Notes: a model not told the origin generated them from the letters alone. Positions 49,985 to 59,559 are shown, counted from the stretch's first letter. The stretch: 64,000 nt of DNA from an uncultured Verrucomicrobiae bacterium (GCA_963706955.1 CAVPOC010000001.1:128001-192000), one strand, 5' to 3'. A program made the numbers and translations.

Positions 49985-50953
49985 ATGAAGAAATGGACTC
50001 CGATTTTTTTGCAGTCGCTTGTCAGCATAGCGTTGCTGGTCTGGATCTTCTGGAAAGAGGATTTTCGCACGCGGACTTGGCAGATATTGACATCCGCAGA
50101 TCCTGGCTGGTTGATGGCGGGCTTCCTGGTGGCTGGCGCGGGTAATCTGATCAGCGTCGTCCGGTGGGGTATTTTTCTTCGCGTCCTCGGGATTTCCATC
50201 AGCCCTTGGGATACTCTTCGTCTTAGTTTTGTTGGCCTCTTTTTCAACACCTTTCTGGTTGGTGCGGTCGGTGGTGACGCAGTCAAGGTCGTTTGGCTGG
50301 TCGCGAAAGGTCAACCGAAAACGGCGGCTTTGCTATCGGTGCTGATGGATCGAATGAGCGGCTTTGGCGCGCTGATTCTCTGCTCCGCGGTTTTCATCAT
50401 TTGGCGATTGGACTGGCTGATGCGCAGCACGCTCGTTGCCGGCCTTATCAAGGGCGTCTTCGCTTATCTTCTCTTGGTTGTGCTTTTGCTCGGAGTTTCT
50501 TTTCTGTTGAGTGCACGCGGGCTCACCAGTCGGTTACCGCCGCGTTTTCCGCTCCGCAAAATTATCATCGAATTCACCGAGACTTATCTTCAGTTTGTCA
50601 TCGCTTGGCGGCAGACGTTGGTGGCGTCCTTGCTTTCGATCCTGGTGCTGCTGGCATACTTTGCGACCTTCTACTTAAGTGGGCGAGCGTTTGGGCTTCA
50701 GGTCCCCATGGTGGCGTTCTTTGCCTTGATGCCAGCGGTCGACATCATCTCAGCGCTTCCGATCAGCCTGGGGGGATTTGGCGTGCGCGAACAATTGTTT
50801 GTGACCCTGTTGGGAGACCTGTGGGGAGTTCCGGCGGCGCAGGCGGTCTCGATTTCCCTGGGAGGCGCCTTCCTCTCGATGCTGTGGGGGCTTTTTGGAT
50901 TGTTGGTGCTCCCGGCCTATCATCAAGCCGCCGGTCGGATGGTCCGACGATGA
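49985..50953 (+). CDS. Lysylphosphatidylglycerol synthase TM-domain (flippase-like) protein
   Basis: RW..FL, VGLFFNTFL.GAVGGD, DR.SG, LPIS.GG.GVRE. Confidence 0.88.
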   Translation: MKKWTPIFLQSLVSIALLVWIFWKEDFRTRTWQILTSADPGWLMAGFLVAGAGNLISVVRWGIFLRVLGISISPWDTLRLSFVGLFFNTFLVGAVGGDAVKVVWLVAKGQPKTAALLSVLMDRMSGFGALILCSAVFIIWRLDWLMRSTLVAGLIKGVFAYLLLVVLLLGVSFLLSARGLTSRLPPRFPLRKIIIEFTETYLQFVIAWRQTLVASLLSILVLLAYFATFYLSGRAFGLQVPMVAFFALMPAVDIISALPISLGGFGVREQLFVTLLGDLWGVPAAQAVSISLGGAFLSMLWGLFGLLVLPAYHQAAGRMVRR

Positions 50954-51594
50954 GCTCGTTGGTTCGACAGGCCGCCGGCCTCTACAAGCGCTGGCCGCGG
51001 CTCTACTACTACGCGATCGGCAAGATCACGCTAGACCCAGCCTACCCGGCGGTGGCGAAAGCTCTGGGCAAGTCGACACTTCCCTTGCTCGATCTCGGGT
51101 GCGGCATGGGCCTCCTCGCCGCTTATCTGCGCGCCAGCGGACATTGCGCTCCGCTTGTCGGCTGGGACCTCGACGAGGAAAAAATCGAGATTGCCAAGGC
51201 GGTTCTTTCGGGAAGCCAGGAGAGCTTTCGCGCAGGGAATGCCATCAACTTTTCTGAGCACTGCGGGAATGTCGTCATGCTCGATGTGCTGCATTATTTC
51301 AGCGATAACGATCAACAACGACTGCTCCGGAGAATCGCGGCGAGCATCGCTCCGCAGGGAGTCGCTTTGATCCGGCTCGCGTTGAACGAGCCGAATTGGC
51401 GCTTCGCCGCGACCAAGGCCGAGGAATGGTTTGTCCATTTTACCCGATGGATTCCGGTGCAAGGGAAAAATTTTCCGACTCGCGATGAAGTCTCGCTTCC
51501 TTTCAGAGAAGATGGTTTTCAAATCGAGGTCCGACCGATGTGGGGCTGGACTCCCTTCAACAGTCACTTGTTTACGATTCGGCGCAAAATCTAA
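50950..51594 (+). CDS. Class I SAM-dependent methyltransferase
   Basis: LLDLGCGMG, G.DLD..KI, MLDVLHY, TPF.S.L; ATGA overlap with the upstream gene. Confidence 0.88.
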   Translation: MSSLVRQAAGLYKRWPRLYYYAIGKITLDPAYPAVAKALGKSTLPLLDLGCGMGLLAAYLRASGHCAPLVGWDLDEEKIEIAKAVLSGSQESFRAGNAINFSEHCGNVVMLDVLHYFSDNDQQRLLRRIAASIAPQGVALIRLALNEPNWRFAATKAEEWFVHFTRWIPVQGKNFPTRDEVSLPFREDGFQIEVRPMWGWTPFNSHLFTIRRKI

Positions 51595-51684
51595 GCTCGA
51601 GTGTGGGAGCTGCCTGTGATTCAAAAATAACCTTTCCGGAGCAGGCGCTTCGGTCTATTCGTTCGGAAGGGAGGTAAGCTTGAG

Positions 51685-52005
51685 ATGAAAACTGTTAATG
51701 AAATTCTTGGTGAAAACCAGACTCTCCGCGGCGCGGTGCGAGTTCTTACCGGGAAGACAAACTCTGGGAAACGTGCCATCTATATTTCGGGAAATCCGGC
51801 GGGCTTACGACTCTTGGCCGACATCATGCGTGCGCAGGCTGACGCGGTTGGAAGTGGCGGGGGCGAGTCGAGATACTTCTTCAAGCTCGAGCGCCAATCC
51901 GGATCCTTATTCTTCGCGACTGATGATTCGGTCGATATTTTTGAAATTCATTGCGACGATCACTATCCGGAGAAGCACGAAACTCCGAGCGTTAGAAAAG
52001 ATTGA
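51685..52005 (+). CDS. Hypothetical protein resembling Imm32-type immunity proteins
   Basis: GGAGG RBS; IYISGNPAGLRLLA..M...A motif. Confidence 0.5.
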   Translation: MKTVNEILGENQTLRGAVRVLTGKTNSGKRAIYISGNPAGLRLLADIMRAQADAVGSGGGESRYFFKLERQSGSLFFATDDSVDIFEIHCDDHYPEKHETPSVRKD

Positions 52006-52161
52006 GGACCCAAAGGCCGGGAGCCCAGGACCGGCGTGCGCAGGACTTCGGTGACTTCCTCTGTCCCAACGTGAGATCCTTTCCGCCCCTACGCTGGGCG
52101 CAGCCAAGTTGCTAGTGGGACTTTCTATGGATGCCGACGGAAGAGCAGGCGGATACTGCGG

Positions 52162-52587
52162 CTAGCGTTCTCCGTTGGAAAGAACTTCCGGGGTGGCAAA
52201 TCGTTTCTCGAGGACAAGTCTTGTGCCACGTCGACACGGCTCATATTTTACAAAGTCGAAAACCTGTCGAATAATATATACACCGACGCCGCCCGGTCGG
52301 AACTCTTCAAGTGGGCGGCTGCGGATGCCCTGCGGATTGCAAGCCCGTCCGTAATCGCGGAGCACAAACCGGACGCGATCGTGCAGTCGTTCCATCTCCA
52401 GGCGAACTGGCTTTTCGTCTTGGCCGTAGGCGTGCCGGATGATGTTGGTGCAGGCTTCGTCCAGGCCCAACACGAGAAGCTCTATCGAAGATTCGTCGAA
52501 ACTACATTTCTTAAGAAACAACCTGGCGCTGTGACGCACTTCCGCCATCCGGCCCGAATGGCTGGTGAAGGCAAACTTGGTTTTCAC
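52162..52587 (-). CDS. Anti-sigma factor / Ser kinase (RsbW-like HATPase)
   Basis: LGLDEACTNIIRHAY, LRDYG, RPGGVGVYII...D; GTG overlaps the upstream stop. Confidence 0.9.
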   Translation of the reverse strand: MKTKFAFTSHSGRMAEVRHSARLFLKKCSFDESSIELLVLGLDEACTNIIRHAYGQDEKPVRLEMERLHDRVRFVLRDYGRACNPQGIRSRPLEEFRPGGVGVYIIRQVFDFVKYEPCRRGTRLVLEKRFATPEVLSNGER

Positions 52588-53864
52588 GCTAAGCCTCCGG
52601 ATAAAATCGTCAGATCGTCGGCCTGCCGGCCGTGCCCACGATGCCGGCGCTCGCATTCGATCAGATGGTCGACAATATTCTGGGGCGACAAGAATTTCCT
52701 GCCTTCAAGTGACGGGATGATCTTCGGTTCGAAAAAAGTATCACCTAGCGGATTCCGGGATTCCGACAATCCGTCTGTGAAACAAACGAGCCAGTCGCCT
52801 GGGTGGAGCTCTAGCTTGCCTTGCCGATAGTTCACCTTGGGCAGGATACCCAGAGGCAGGGACCCTTGCGTTTCGATTTCGTGAACCGAGCCGTCTCCTC
52901 GCACGACGAGCGGCTTGCAGTGCCCGGCGCTGGCTAGCTCAATGCGGTTCGCCGAGGGGATGATGCGACCGACAATCGTTGTAACAAACATGCCGCGGAC
53001 GATCCGCTCGTTGAGGGTCGCGTTCAACTTGGTGAGTGCCTCCGAAGGGCTGGCCGTCGCTGCAAAAACGAACTGCATTGCACTAAGGGTCTGCGCCATC
53101 AGAAGCGAGGCCGAGATGCCTTTGCCGGAGACATCCCCGATCGCAAAATATGTTTCATCGGGACTACGCACGAAAACGTTATAGAAATCGCCGCCCACGT
53201 TGGAAGCGGCCTGATTATGGGCGGCAAAGACCGCACCGGGGATCCGAACGGGAATCGCGCGCGCGAGGAGCTCTCGCTGAATGTCGCAGGCGATGGCCAG
53301 GTCACGCTCGACCCGTTCCTGAGCGCGCATACGCTCGAGAGCGCGTAACTTTTCGATCGCGGTGGCCGTCAGGTTTGCGTAGGCGGTGAAGCCATCGAGT
53401 TCCTGTTCGTCGAAGCTCTTCTTGTCGCGGGGATTTAGAATCTGGAGAACGCCGATGACCTCGCCGTCACGCATGAGCGGTGCGCAGAGGACTGAACGTG
53501 TTCGAAAACCAGTTTGCTGGTCGGCTTCCTTGTAAAAGCGAGAATCCTCATAAGCGTCCGGGATGAGGAGGGTCTGCGCATGGCTTACCACCCATCCGAC
53601 AATGCCTCTGCCCGGCGGGACGGAAATGTCTGGTTGGACAAATTGACCTTCGGCAAACGAACTAATGGCGAGTTCGACGGCACCGGTCTCTTTGTTGACG
53701 AAAAAGAGCGACGCGGCCTCGGCGAGAATCACCCGCCGGGCTACATCAAGGATCGCCCGGAGCAGCTCGTCGTAGTCGGTAATCGAGTTGATTAGACCGC
53801 TCACTTCGACCAGCCCCTTGTAGATGTTCAGGGACTTACGGAGCGACTCCACTTCCGCCAGCAT
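52584..53864 (-). CDS. GAF + PP2C phosphatase (RsbU/SpoIIE-like)
   Basis: GAF (GIVGWV, TRSVLCAPL), VGGDFY, IGDVSGKG, SAGH, FTDGLSE, DDLT. Confidence 0.93.
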   Translation of the reverse strand: MLAEVESLRKSLNIYKGLVEVSGLINSITDYDELLRAILDVARRVILAEAASLFFVNKETGAVELAISSFAEGQFVQPDISVPPGRGIVGWVVSHAQTLLIPDAYEDSRFYKEADQQTGFRTRSVLCAPLMRDGEVIGVLQILNPRDKKSFDEQELDGFTAYANLTATAIEKLRALERMRAQERVERDLAIACDIQRELLARAIPVRIPGAVFAAHNQAASNVGGDFYNVFVRSPDETYFAIGDVSGKGISASLLMAQTLSAMQFVFAATASPSEALTKLNATLNERIVRGMFVTTIVGRIIPSANRIELASAGHCKPLVVRGDGSVHEIETQGSLPLGILPKVNYRQGKLELHPGDWLVCFTDGLSESRNPLGDTFFEPKIIPSLEGRKFLSPQNIVDHLIECERRHRGHGRQADDLTILSGGLA

Positions 53865-53950
53865 GCCTCACTTTTCGCACCTCGATGCATTTACTGCCAG
53901 CCGGATTTTTGCGTGGAAAACTCCGCGGTTGTGCGTGATGGTTTTTTACG

Positions 53951-54679
53951 ATGTGTAAGTTCTTAGTGTTCTGGTGTGGGATGTCGGTGCTGGCGGCGTC
54001 GGCTTGGGCGGCCGGGGGAACCGCGTATATGGCAGTCAAGGCTGCGCAGAAGAGCACGGACAGTTCGGCTGATCTGGTCGAAGTTGCAGGTGATCGGGGT
54101 GAGCCTCAACCTCAGGAGTGGAAAGTAGTGCTGCGAGATCCGGGGGCCAGGGGAGGAATCCGGGAGATCGTTGCTTCAGGCGACGTTGTCGTTTCGCAGA
54201 GAACCCCATTGCGGGGCTATTCGGACTTCAGCGCCCAACCGGCGATTCCACTGACCCGCTTGAATCTTGATTCGGATCGCGCATTCGAGATCGCCAACAA
54301 GCAGGCCATCGCAAAAAAAGTTGGCTTCAGTTGGGTGGACTACACGTTGCGGGCGAACGCGGACGGTGGCGCCCCGACCTGGGTCCTTCGACTTTACAGT
54401 GGCATGGGATCGCAGGTCGGCGTGATTCAAATCTCGGCCGAAAATGGAACTGTGCTCGCGCCGCTGGAACCAGGGCTGCCGCCGCCGACCGAATCGACTG
54501 AACGTTTCACTGACTCGCAACCCGGTCGAACTGTGGGCGGTTTTGTCGGCAGGGTAGGGGGCACGCTCGGAGGCATTGCCAACGGGGTGAAGAATACAAC
54601 GCTTCGCACCGTCGGCACGGTTCAGGAATTTTTCACTGGCGAACGCACCATTGGACCTCGAGACGAGAATGATAACTAA
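53951..54679 (+). CDS. Secreted protein with a PepSY-like domain
   Basis: Signal peptide; LDSDRAF.IA...A...P.W.L......G.I.ISAENG.V. Confidence 0.6.
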   Translation: MCKFLVFWCGMSVLAASAWAAGGTAYMAVKAAQKSTDSSADLVEVAGDRGEPQPQEWKVVLRDPGARGGIREIVASGDVVVSQRTPLRGYSDFSAQPAIPLTRLNLDSDRAFEIANKQAIAKKVGFSWVDYTLRANADGGAPTWVLRLYSGMGSQVGVIQISAENGTVLAPLEPGLPPPTESTERFTDSQPGRTVGGFVGRVGGTLGGIANGVKNTTLRTVGTVQEFFTGERTIGPRDENDN

Positions 54680-54703
54680 AGGGATGCTCGTCGAAAACTT
54701 CGC

Positions 54704-54763
54704 TGTAGCGGTGGTGCCCCCACCGCCGACCAAACGCTCGGCCGTGAGGACAGGGCGGCTGCA
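54704..54763. repeat. Inverted REP doublet (REPIN-like)
   Basis: TGTAG-CGGTGGTG-CCCC-CACCGCCG (+) and degenerate TGCAG-CCGCCCTG-TCCT-CACGGCCG (-). Confidence 0.65.
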
Positions 54764-54848
54764 AAGAGAACCTTCGCCGGAGGGCCCACCTGGGCGCGCC
54801 CGAACGGGGACACCGACACTGCAGCGACAAAGTCACGTTTGACGAGCC

Positions 54849-55325
54849 ATGGGTCCGTTCGAAGCGATTGTTGTTCTAATCATTGTGGGGTTTTTGATGC
54901 TGGCCGCGGAAGTTTTCGTGCCGGGAATGGTGCTTGGGTTGCTCGGTGGCGTTTGTCTGGCCGGCGCCATCACGGTCGCGTTCGTCTACTATAATGTTGT
55001 CACGGGTTCGATCGTTTTTGCCGCCGTCTGCCTCCTGACCTTCACTGGCTTTGTAGCGTGGCTCGCAGTGTTCCCGCGCACGGCGATCGGACGAAGAATC
55101 ATGCTGCAAAAGAGTCTCATTAAAGGAGTCGGAGAGCGGGCAATTCCATCTGAGCTGATGGGAGCGCAGGGCCGTTCCCTTACCCCACTCCGTCCGGCAG
55201 GCACCGCCTCGATTGAGGGCCGTCGGGTAGACGTCGTGGCGGAGAGCGACTTCATCGGGCGTGACGAGCCCGTGGTGGTTGTTCGAGAGGAAGGCTTACG
55301 AGTTGTTGTGCGAAAAAAGGTCTAG
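54849..55325 (+). CDS. Short NfeD family protein
   Basis: AEVFVPG TM region; G.SLTPLRPAG.A.I.GRRVDVV.E..FI OB-fold. Confidence 0.9.
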   Translation: MGPFEAIVVLIIVGFLMLAAEVFVPGMVLGLLGGVCLAGAITVAFVYYNVVTGSIVFAAVCLLTFTGFVAWLAVFPRTAIGRRIMLQKSLIKGVGERAIPSELMGAQGRSLTPLRPAGTASIEGRRVDVVAESDFIGRDEPVVVVREEGLRVVVRKKV

Positions 55326-55374
55326 CCGGGCGCAAGCTAGTACATAAGCTGTGCCGCCAACTCAGATCGACCAA

Positions 55375-56394
55375 ATGAATCTTATTGCCTTAATTCTTGT
55401 CGGCATCGCCGCGGTCATCGGCATCGTGCTGATGCTCATTTTAGCCAACTTCTTTGGCGTGTGGCTTCGTGCCAAGATTGCGGATGCTCCGGTTCCCTTT
55501 GCGAAACTCATCGGCATGCGTCTGCGCCGAGTCCCCGTCGGCCTCATTGTTGACAGCCGTATCACGTCCGTGAAGGCGGGCCTCCCCCTGGAGACAGATT
55601 CCCTGGAGGCGCATTTCCTCTCCGGAGGCAACGTGAGCCATGTCGTCCTTGCGCTGATCGCTGCGGACAAGGCCGGCATTACCCTGGACTTTAACCGCGC
55701 CTGCGCCATCGATCTGGCCATCAAAGGCACCAGTAAGACTGTGCTCGAGGCCGTGCGCACCAGCATCAATCCCAAAGTCATCGATTGCCCGAATCCTCAG
55801 CAGTCGGCCGGGAGGACCACGATCGATGCCGTCGCCCGCGATGGCATCGGAGTCAGGGTCCGCGCGCGAGTCACCGTTCGCTCCAACCTCGATCGATTTG
55901 TGGGAGGCGCCACCGAGGAGACAATTATCGCGCGCGTGGGCGAAGGGATCGTCACCTCGATTGGCTCGGCGGTGTCCTACAAAGACGTTCTCGAAAATCC
56001 GGATCGTATCTCAAAGGTGGTCCTGCAAAAGGGGCTCGACAGCGGGACGGCCTTCGAAATCCTCTCCGTCGATATCGCCGATGTGGACATCGGCGATAAC
56101 GTCGGCGCCAAGCTTCAAGCGGAGCAGGCGGAAGCGGACAAAGTCGTCGCCCAGGCGAAAGCGGAAATGCGCCGCGCCGCGGCTGTGGCCAGCGAGCAGG
56201 AAATGAAGGCGCGCACGCAGGAGATGCGAGCAAAGGTCGTCGAGGCGGAGGCCCAGGTGCCATTGGCGATGTCAGAAGCTTTCCGTAGCGGCAATCTCGG
56301 CGTGATGGATTATTTGAAAATGAAGAATATCCAGTCCGATACCGGCATGCGTGAGTCGATCGCCGGCACTGAGCGACCGACTCACGGCAGTTGA
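55375..56394 (+). CDS. floA: Flotillin-like protein FloA (YqfA)
   Basis: [60 protein letters not shown]. Confidence 0.93.
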   Translation: MNLIALILVGIAAVIGIVLMLILANFFGVWLRAKIADAPVPFAKLIGMRLRRVPVGLIVDSRITSVKAGLPLETDSLEAHFLSGGNVSHVVLALIAADKAGITLDFNRACAIDLAIKGTSKTVLEAVRTSINPKVIDCPNPQQSAGRTTIDAVARDGIGVRVRARVTVRSNLDRFVGGATEETIIARVGEGIVTSIGSAVSYKDVLENPDRISKVVLQKGLDSGTAFEILSVDIADVDIGDNVGAKLQAEQAEADKVVAQAKAEMRRAAAVASEQEMKARTQEMRAKVVEAEAQVPLAMSEAFRSGNLGVMDYLKMKNIQSDTGMRESIAGTERPTHGS

Positions 56395-56417
56395 GGTCGG
56401 TCGGCTAGTTTACGCAC

Positions 56418-56993
56418 ATGGAGCAGCTCGTCATCCTTCTGCTGATCGCGTTGATCAGCATTATCAACTGGATTATCCAGAAATCGAAGGAATCGCGCGA
56501 AAAGCGCAAGCTGGAAAAGCGGGCTGACGCCACCGGCGAACCGGTCGCCAAGCACGAGCCAGCTCCCGATGCGACAGGAACAGAGACGGCCATGCGCCGG
56601 CTCAGGGAAGCGCTTGGACTACCAGAGGACGCTCCACCGCCAGCCATCCCAAAGAGGGCGGAGTCAGAAAGGGTCGAGTCGAAGAGAATCGAGCCAAAGC
56701 GGATCGAGCGTCCGGCTGTCGCGCCTCAGCCCTCGCCAGATCGGCTGGTGCCACCGCCGCTTCCCAAGCCGGAGAGAAGGCCCGCTGTGGTCCACGTGCC
56801 GTCGGTGCGCTGGGATCATCGCAGGTTCGAACATCTCCACAAGATGGCCAAGCCTTCGCAACCTGAGGCGCCGACACAGCCTCCTCGAATTCGTGAACTT
56901 CTCCAATCCCAAGGAGGTTTGCGCGATGCGGTGGTTCTTTCGGAAATTCTGGGTCCGCCGAAGAGCTTGCGAGAGCGTTCGCTTCCCTTATGA
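56418..56993 (+). CDS. YqfB-like membrane-anchored Pro-rich protein
   Basis: N-terminal TM helix; C-terminal LRDAVVLSEILGPP; follows floA. Confidence 0.7.
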   Translation: MEQLVILLLIALISIINWIIQKSKESREKRKLEKRADATGEPVAKHEPAPDATGTETAMRRLREALGLPEDAPPPAIPKRAESERVESKRIEPKRIERPAVAPQPSPDRLVPPPLPKPERRPAVVHVPSVRWDHRRFEHLHKMAKPSQPEAPTQPPRIRELLQSQGGLRDAVVLSEILGPPKSLRERSLPL

Positions 56994-57235
56994 ACGGAGA
57001 ACTCGTCGAACTTCGGGAAGCGCTTCAGGAGAGGCTCGACGTGATCGCCGACCAGGAGCTCCGGGCCCGCGACCCGCGTGCTCACCTCGAACGCTTGAAG
57101 GCAGCGGCCTCCCGGTTGGACGCTGCCATTGCTCGGCTGCGTCCAAACTGTGATCCGCAATTGCGCCACTTTCTCGATCGCCAGAGCTACCTCAAGGCCC
57201 TGGCCTGGCTTGAACACGCCAGCGCAGATTCGTAA
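56990..57235 (+). CDS. Small hypothetical helical protein
   Basis: ATGA overlap with the upstream gene; DPQLRHFL.RQSY.KAL. Confidence 0.7.
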   Translation: MNGELVELREALQERLDVIADQELRARDPRAHLERLKAAASRLDAAIARLRPNCDPQLRHFLDRQSYLKALAWLEHASADS

Positions 57236-57269
57236 AGTTCTCCAGCCGCCCTGTCGGAGGAAGTTTGGT

Positions 57270-57328
57270 TGTAGCGGCGATGTCCCCATCGTCGAGGGGC
57301 CCTCGGCGGCGGGGACGCCGCCGCTACG
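57270..57328. repeat. Inverted REP doublet (REPIN-like)
   Basis: TGTAG-CGGCGATG-TCCC-CATCGTCG (+) and CGTAG-CGGCGGCG-TCCC-CGCCGCCG (-). Confidence 0.8.
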
Positions 57329-57461
57329 GAACAAATCTTCGCAGTGGCAACTCTGTCTTAGATCAGCGTCTTGAGCCGGTCACGAAGGGCGTCTGAAGCG
57401 TCACTGGTTCGGAAATTTGATCTTGCCATGGCTTAGGCGGTAGGGGATATAGGTCCACTGA

Positions 57462-58214
57462 ATGAAGATTCTCGCCGCCCTGCTGATTCTCATCGTGGCA
57501 TCTGAATACCTTCACGCCAGTGCCGGCCCGCCTCCGTTCACTAATGGATCTCCACTGGTCTCAGGTGTGGACGGTAGCTATCAGGCAACAGCGAGAGGTC
57601 GAAATTTAACGGGCGTCTTCAGGTTTACCTACTCCGGGGGCAGGCAAACGAGTAATCCGCAATTTCCAACGGGCAATACAGTGGCTAGTTTGCTAACGGA
57701 CCCTTATAACGACTATGTGTTCTTTGTTGAAGGAACGGTCTATCGCGGACTGGTTCAGGCCAACATTAACGTCAACAGCATTGCCGGCGTGCTGGATAAC
57801 GGCGGTGCCAACGTTCCCAACTTCGGCGGCACTTCAGCTCCGACCCCATCGTCTTCTCCGACAACATCGCCTACTCCGACAACATCGCCTACTCCGACAA
57901 CATCGCCTACTCCGACAGCGTCGCCTACTCCGACAGCGTCGCCTACTCCGACTCCCCCGCAATCCTCTACGCAGACTAGCCTGCAAATCTTGTCCTTCAT
58001 GAACGGCTTCTTTCATGGAACAATCGACCAAACCTCTCCTTATGCCTCATTTCATGGGAAGGGAGAGGTAGCGGTGACGGACTTCACGAATACGACAGAT
58101 GGGGGATTTGGTATTACGGCTTTTTTCACGGTAAAGTTTAGATTCTGCGGTGTCAGAAATGCGACTGGCACAACGACTTCGTCGATCACCACCACGACGA
58201 CGACCTCGGGTTGA
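57462..58214 (+). CDS. Secreted hypothetical protein with internal Ser/Pro/Thr repeat
   Basis: Signal peptide; SPTPTT/SPTPTA repeats; Thr-rich tail. Confidence 0.75.
   Translation: MKILAALLILIVASEYLHASAGPPPFTNGSPLVSGVDGSYQATARGRNLTGVFRFTYSGGRQTSNPQFPTGNTVASLLTDPYNDYVFFVEGTVYRGLVQANINVNSIAGVLDNGGANVPNFGGTSAPTPSSSPTTSPTPTTSPTPTTSPTPTASPTPTASPTPTPPQSSTQTSLQILSFMNGFFHGTIDQTSPYASFHGKGEVAVTDFTNTTDGGFGITAFFTVKFRFCGVRNATGTTTSSITTTTTTSG
57855..57953 (+). repeat. 18-bp tandem repeat, about 5.5 copies
   Basis: Unit ACTCCGACAACATCGCCT / ACTCCGACAGCGTCGCCT. Confidence 0.93.
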
Positions 58215-58245
58215 GGAGAGAAATTCCAACTCTTTTAGTTAGGCA

Positions 58246-58770
58246 CTGAAGCGCAGATCAAGGTTCGGTAATCGGGCGATTACCCTGGTGGAGCTGCTCG
58301 TCGGAGTAGGGATAGTGGCGGTCCTGGTCGGCATAGTCTTCAAAGGCGTTCCCTACCTGAGGGACCGCGCCGAGGGAGTCCGCTGTGTCACCAATATGCG
58401 TTCGCTGCAAGTGTCCCTGGCGGCGTATGTGCAAGACAAGGGACATTGGCCGCAGGAACCCGAGGAAATCTGGAACTCCGATAACTTAGAAGCGTACGAG
58501 GACTGGTGGTTGAACGAGCTTGAGCCCTATGGCGCTCCCGAGGATGTGTGGCAATGTCCCACCGTCAAGCGCCTGGTAGTTGCAAAAACTAAGGATGGGC
58601 GTCCCAAGGTTCACTATACTCCCACGATGTTCGACGAGAACCCTTATACTCCTTACAAGTGGAGCAACCAACCTTGGTTGACCGAGATTGGGAACATGCA
58701 CGGGCGTGGGGCGTTGATTTGTTTTCCAGACGGTTCGATCAGAGCGATGAACGATGTCGTCAAGCGGTAG
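58246..58770 (+). CDS. Prepilin-type N-terminal cleavage/methylation protein with H-X9-DG motif; start uncertain (CTG at 58246)
   Basis: NRA|ITLVELLV hydrophobic helix, C..NMR.L, WQCP, HGRGALICFPDG. Confidence 0.8.
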   Translation: MKRRSRFGNRAITLVELLVGVGIVAVLVGIVFKGVPYLRDRAEGVRCVTNMRSLQVSLAAYVQDKGHWPQEPEEIWNSDNLEAYEDWWLNELEPYGAPEDVWQCPTVKRLVVAKTKDGRPKVHYTPTMFDENPYTPYKWSNQPWLTEIGNMHGRGALICFPDGSIRAMNDVVKR

Positions 58771-58860
58771 CGAGGAGTTCGTTGAGAGTTGAGTGATAAC
58801 CGCGGTTGATTGACTCTCAACCACAGGCGCAGCCGTCCTCTCGACTCTAACTTGCCTGTG

Positions 58861-59559
58861 TCAGCTGCCCTTTTCCTGCGCCACCCATTCAATGGCGAAG
58901 CGCACCATTTCGCTGGCGTCCTTGAAGCCGAGCTTTTCCTTGATGTGTGCGCGATGCGTCTCAATGGTTTTGACGCTCAAGTGAAGTTGGTCGGCAATCG
59001 CTTTGGTGCCCAGTCCACGTCCGAGAAGTTCGAGCACCTCGAGTTCACGGTCGGAAAGTTTGTCGACCGGAGAGCCCATTCCGCCCTCCACAGACTGAAC
59101 CGCTTGAAAGATGAGCCGCTCGCTGAATTCGGGACTGACATAAATTTCTCCCTTGAGGACTTTGCGCAGCGCGGCCAGGACATGGGTGAGCGCTTCGACC
59201 TTCATGACATACCCTAGCGCACCGGCACGCAAGGCGCGCAAGGCATAGAGCGATTCGTCATGCATAGAAAGCATCAGGAGGGGCAAATTCGGCTGCTCGG
59301 CCTTCATCAGTTTGATCAACTCAATCCCGTTGGTTCCCGGCAGGGAAATGTCGAGCAGGGCTACATCGGGCCGCAGCGTGCGCATGGCCTCGAGGGCGGA
59401 GGGCGAGGAGGAGGCTTCTCCGCACACCATCAGATCCTGCTCGGCATTGATCAGCGCCGTGATGCCATGGCGAAAGACAGGATGGTCGTCAACAATGAGA
59501 ACGCGTCGCTTGACCTGGGTAGAATTAGCAGGGTCGTTTTCTATTTTGCTCGAGGTCAT
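58861..59559 (-). CDS. NarL/FixJ family response regulator (REC + LuxR HTH)
   Basis: IVDDHP, LLDISLPG, LSMH, YVMK; LSDRELEVL...LSVKTIETHR. Confidence 0.95.
   Translation of the reverse strand: MTSSKIENDPANSTQVKRRVLIVDDHPVFRHGITALINAEQDLMVCGEASSSPSALEAMRTLRPDVALLDISLPGTNGIELIKLMKAEQPNLPLLMLSMHDESLYALRALRAGALGYVMKVEALTHVLAALRKVLKGEIYVSPEFSERLIFQAVQSVEGGMGSPVDKLSDRELEVLELLGRGLGTKAIADQLHLSVKTIETHRAHIKEKLGFKDASEMVRFAIEWVAQEKGS

Noticed and set aside
52006..52161. Possible tRNA or ncRNA in larger spacers (also 2615-2835, 35600-35707, 45765-45948)
   Set aside because: No cloverleaf, T-loop consensus or recognisable RNA family by eye
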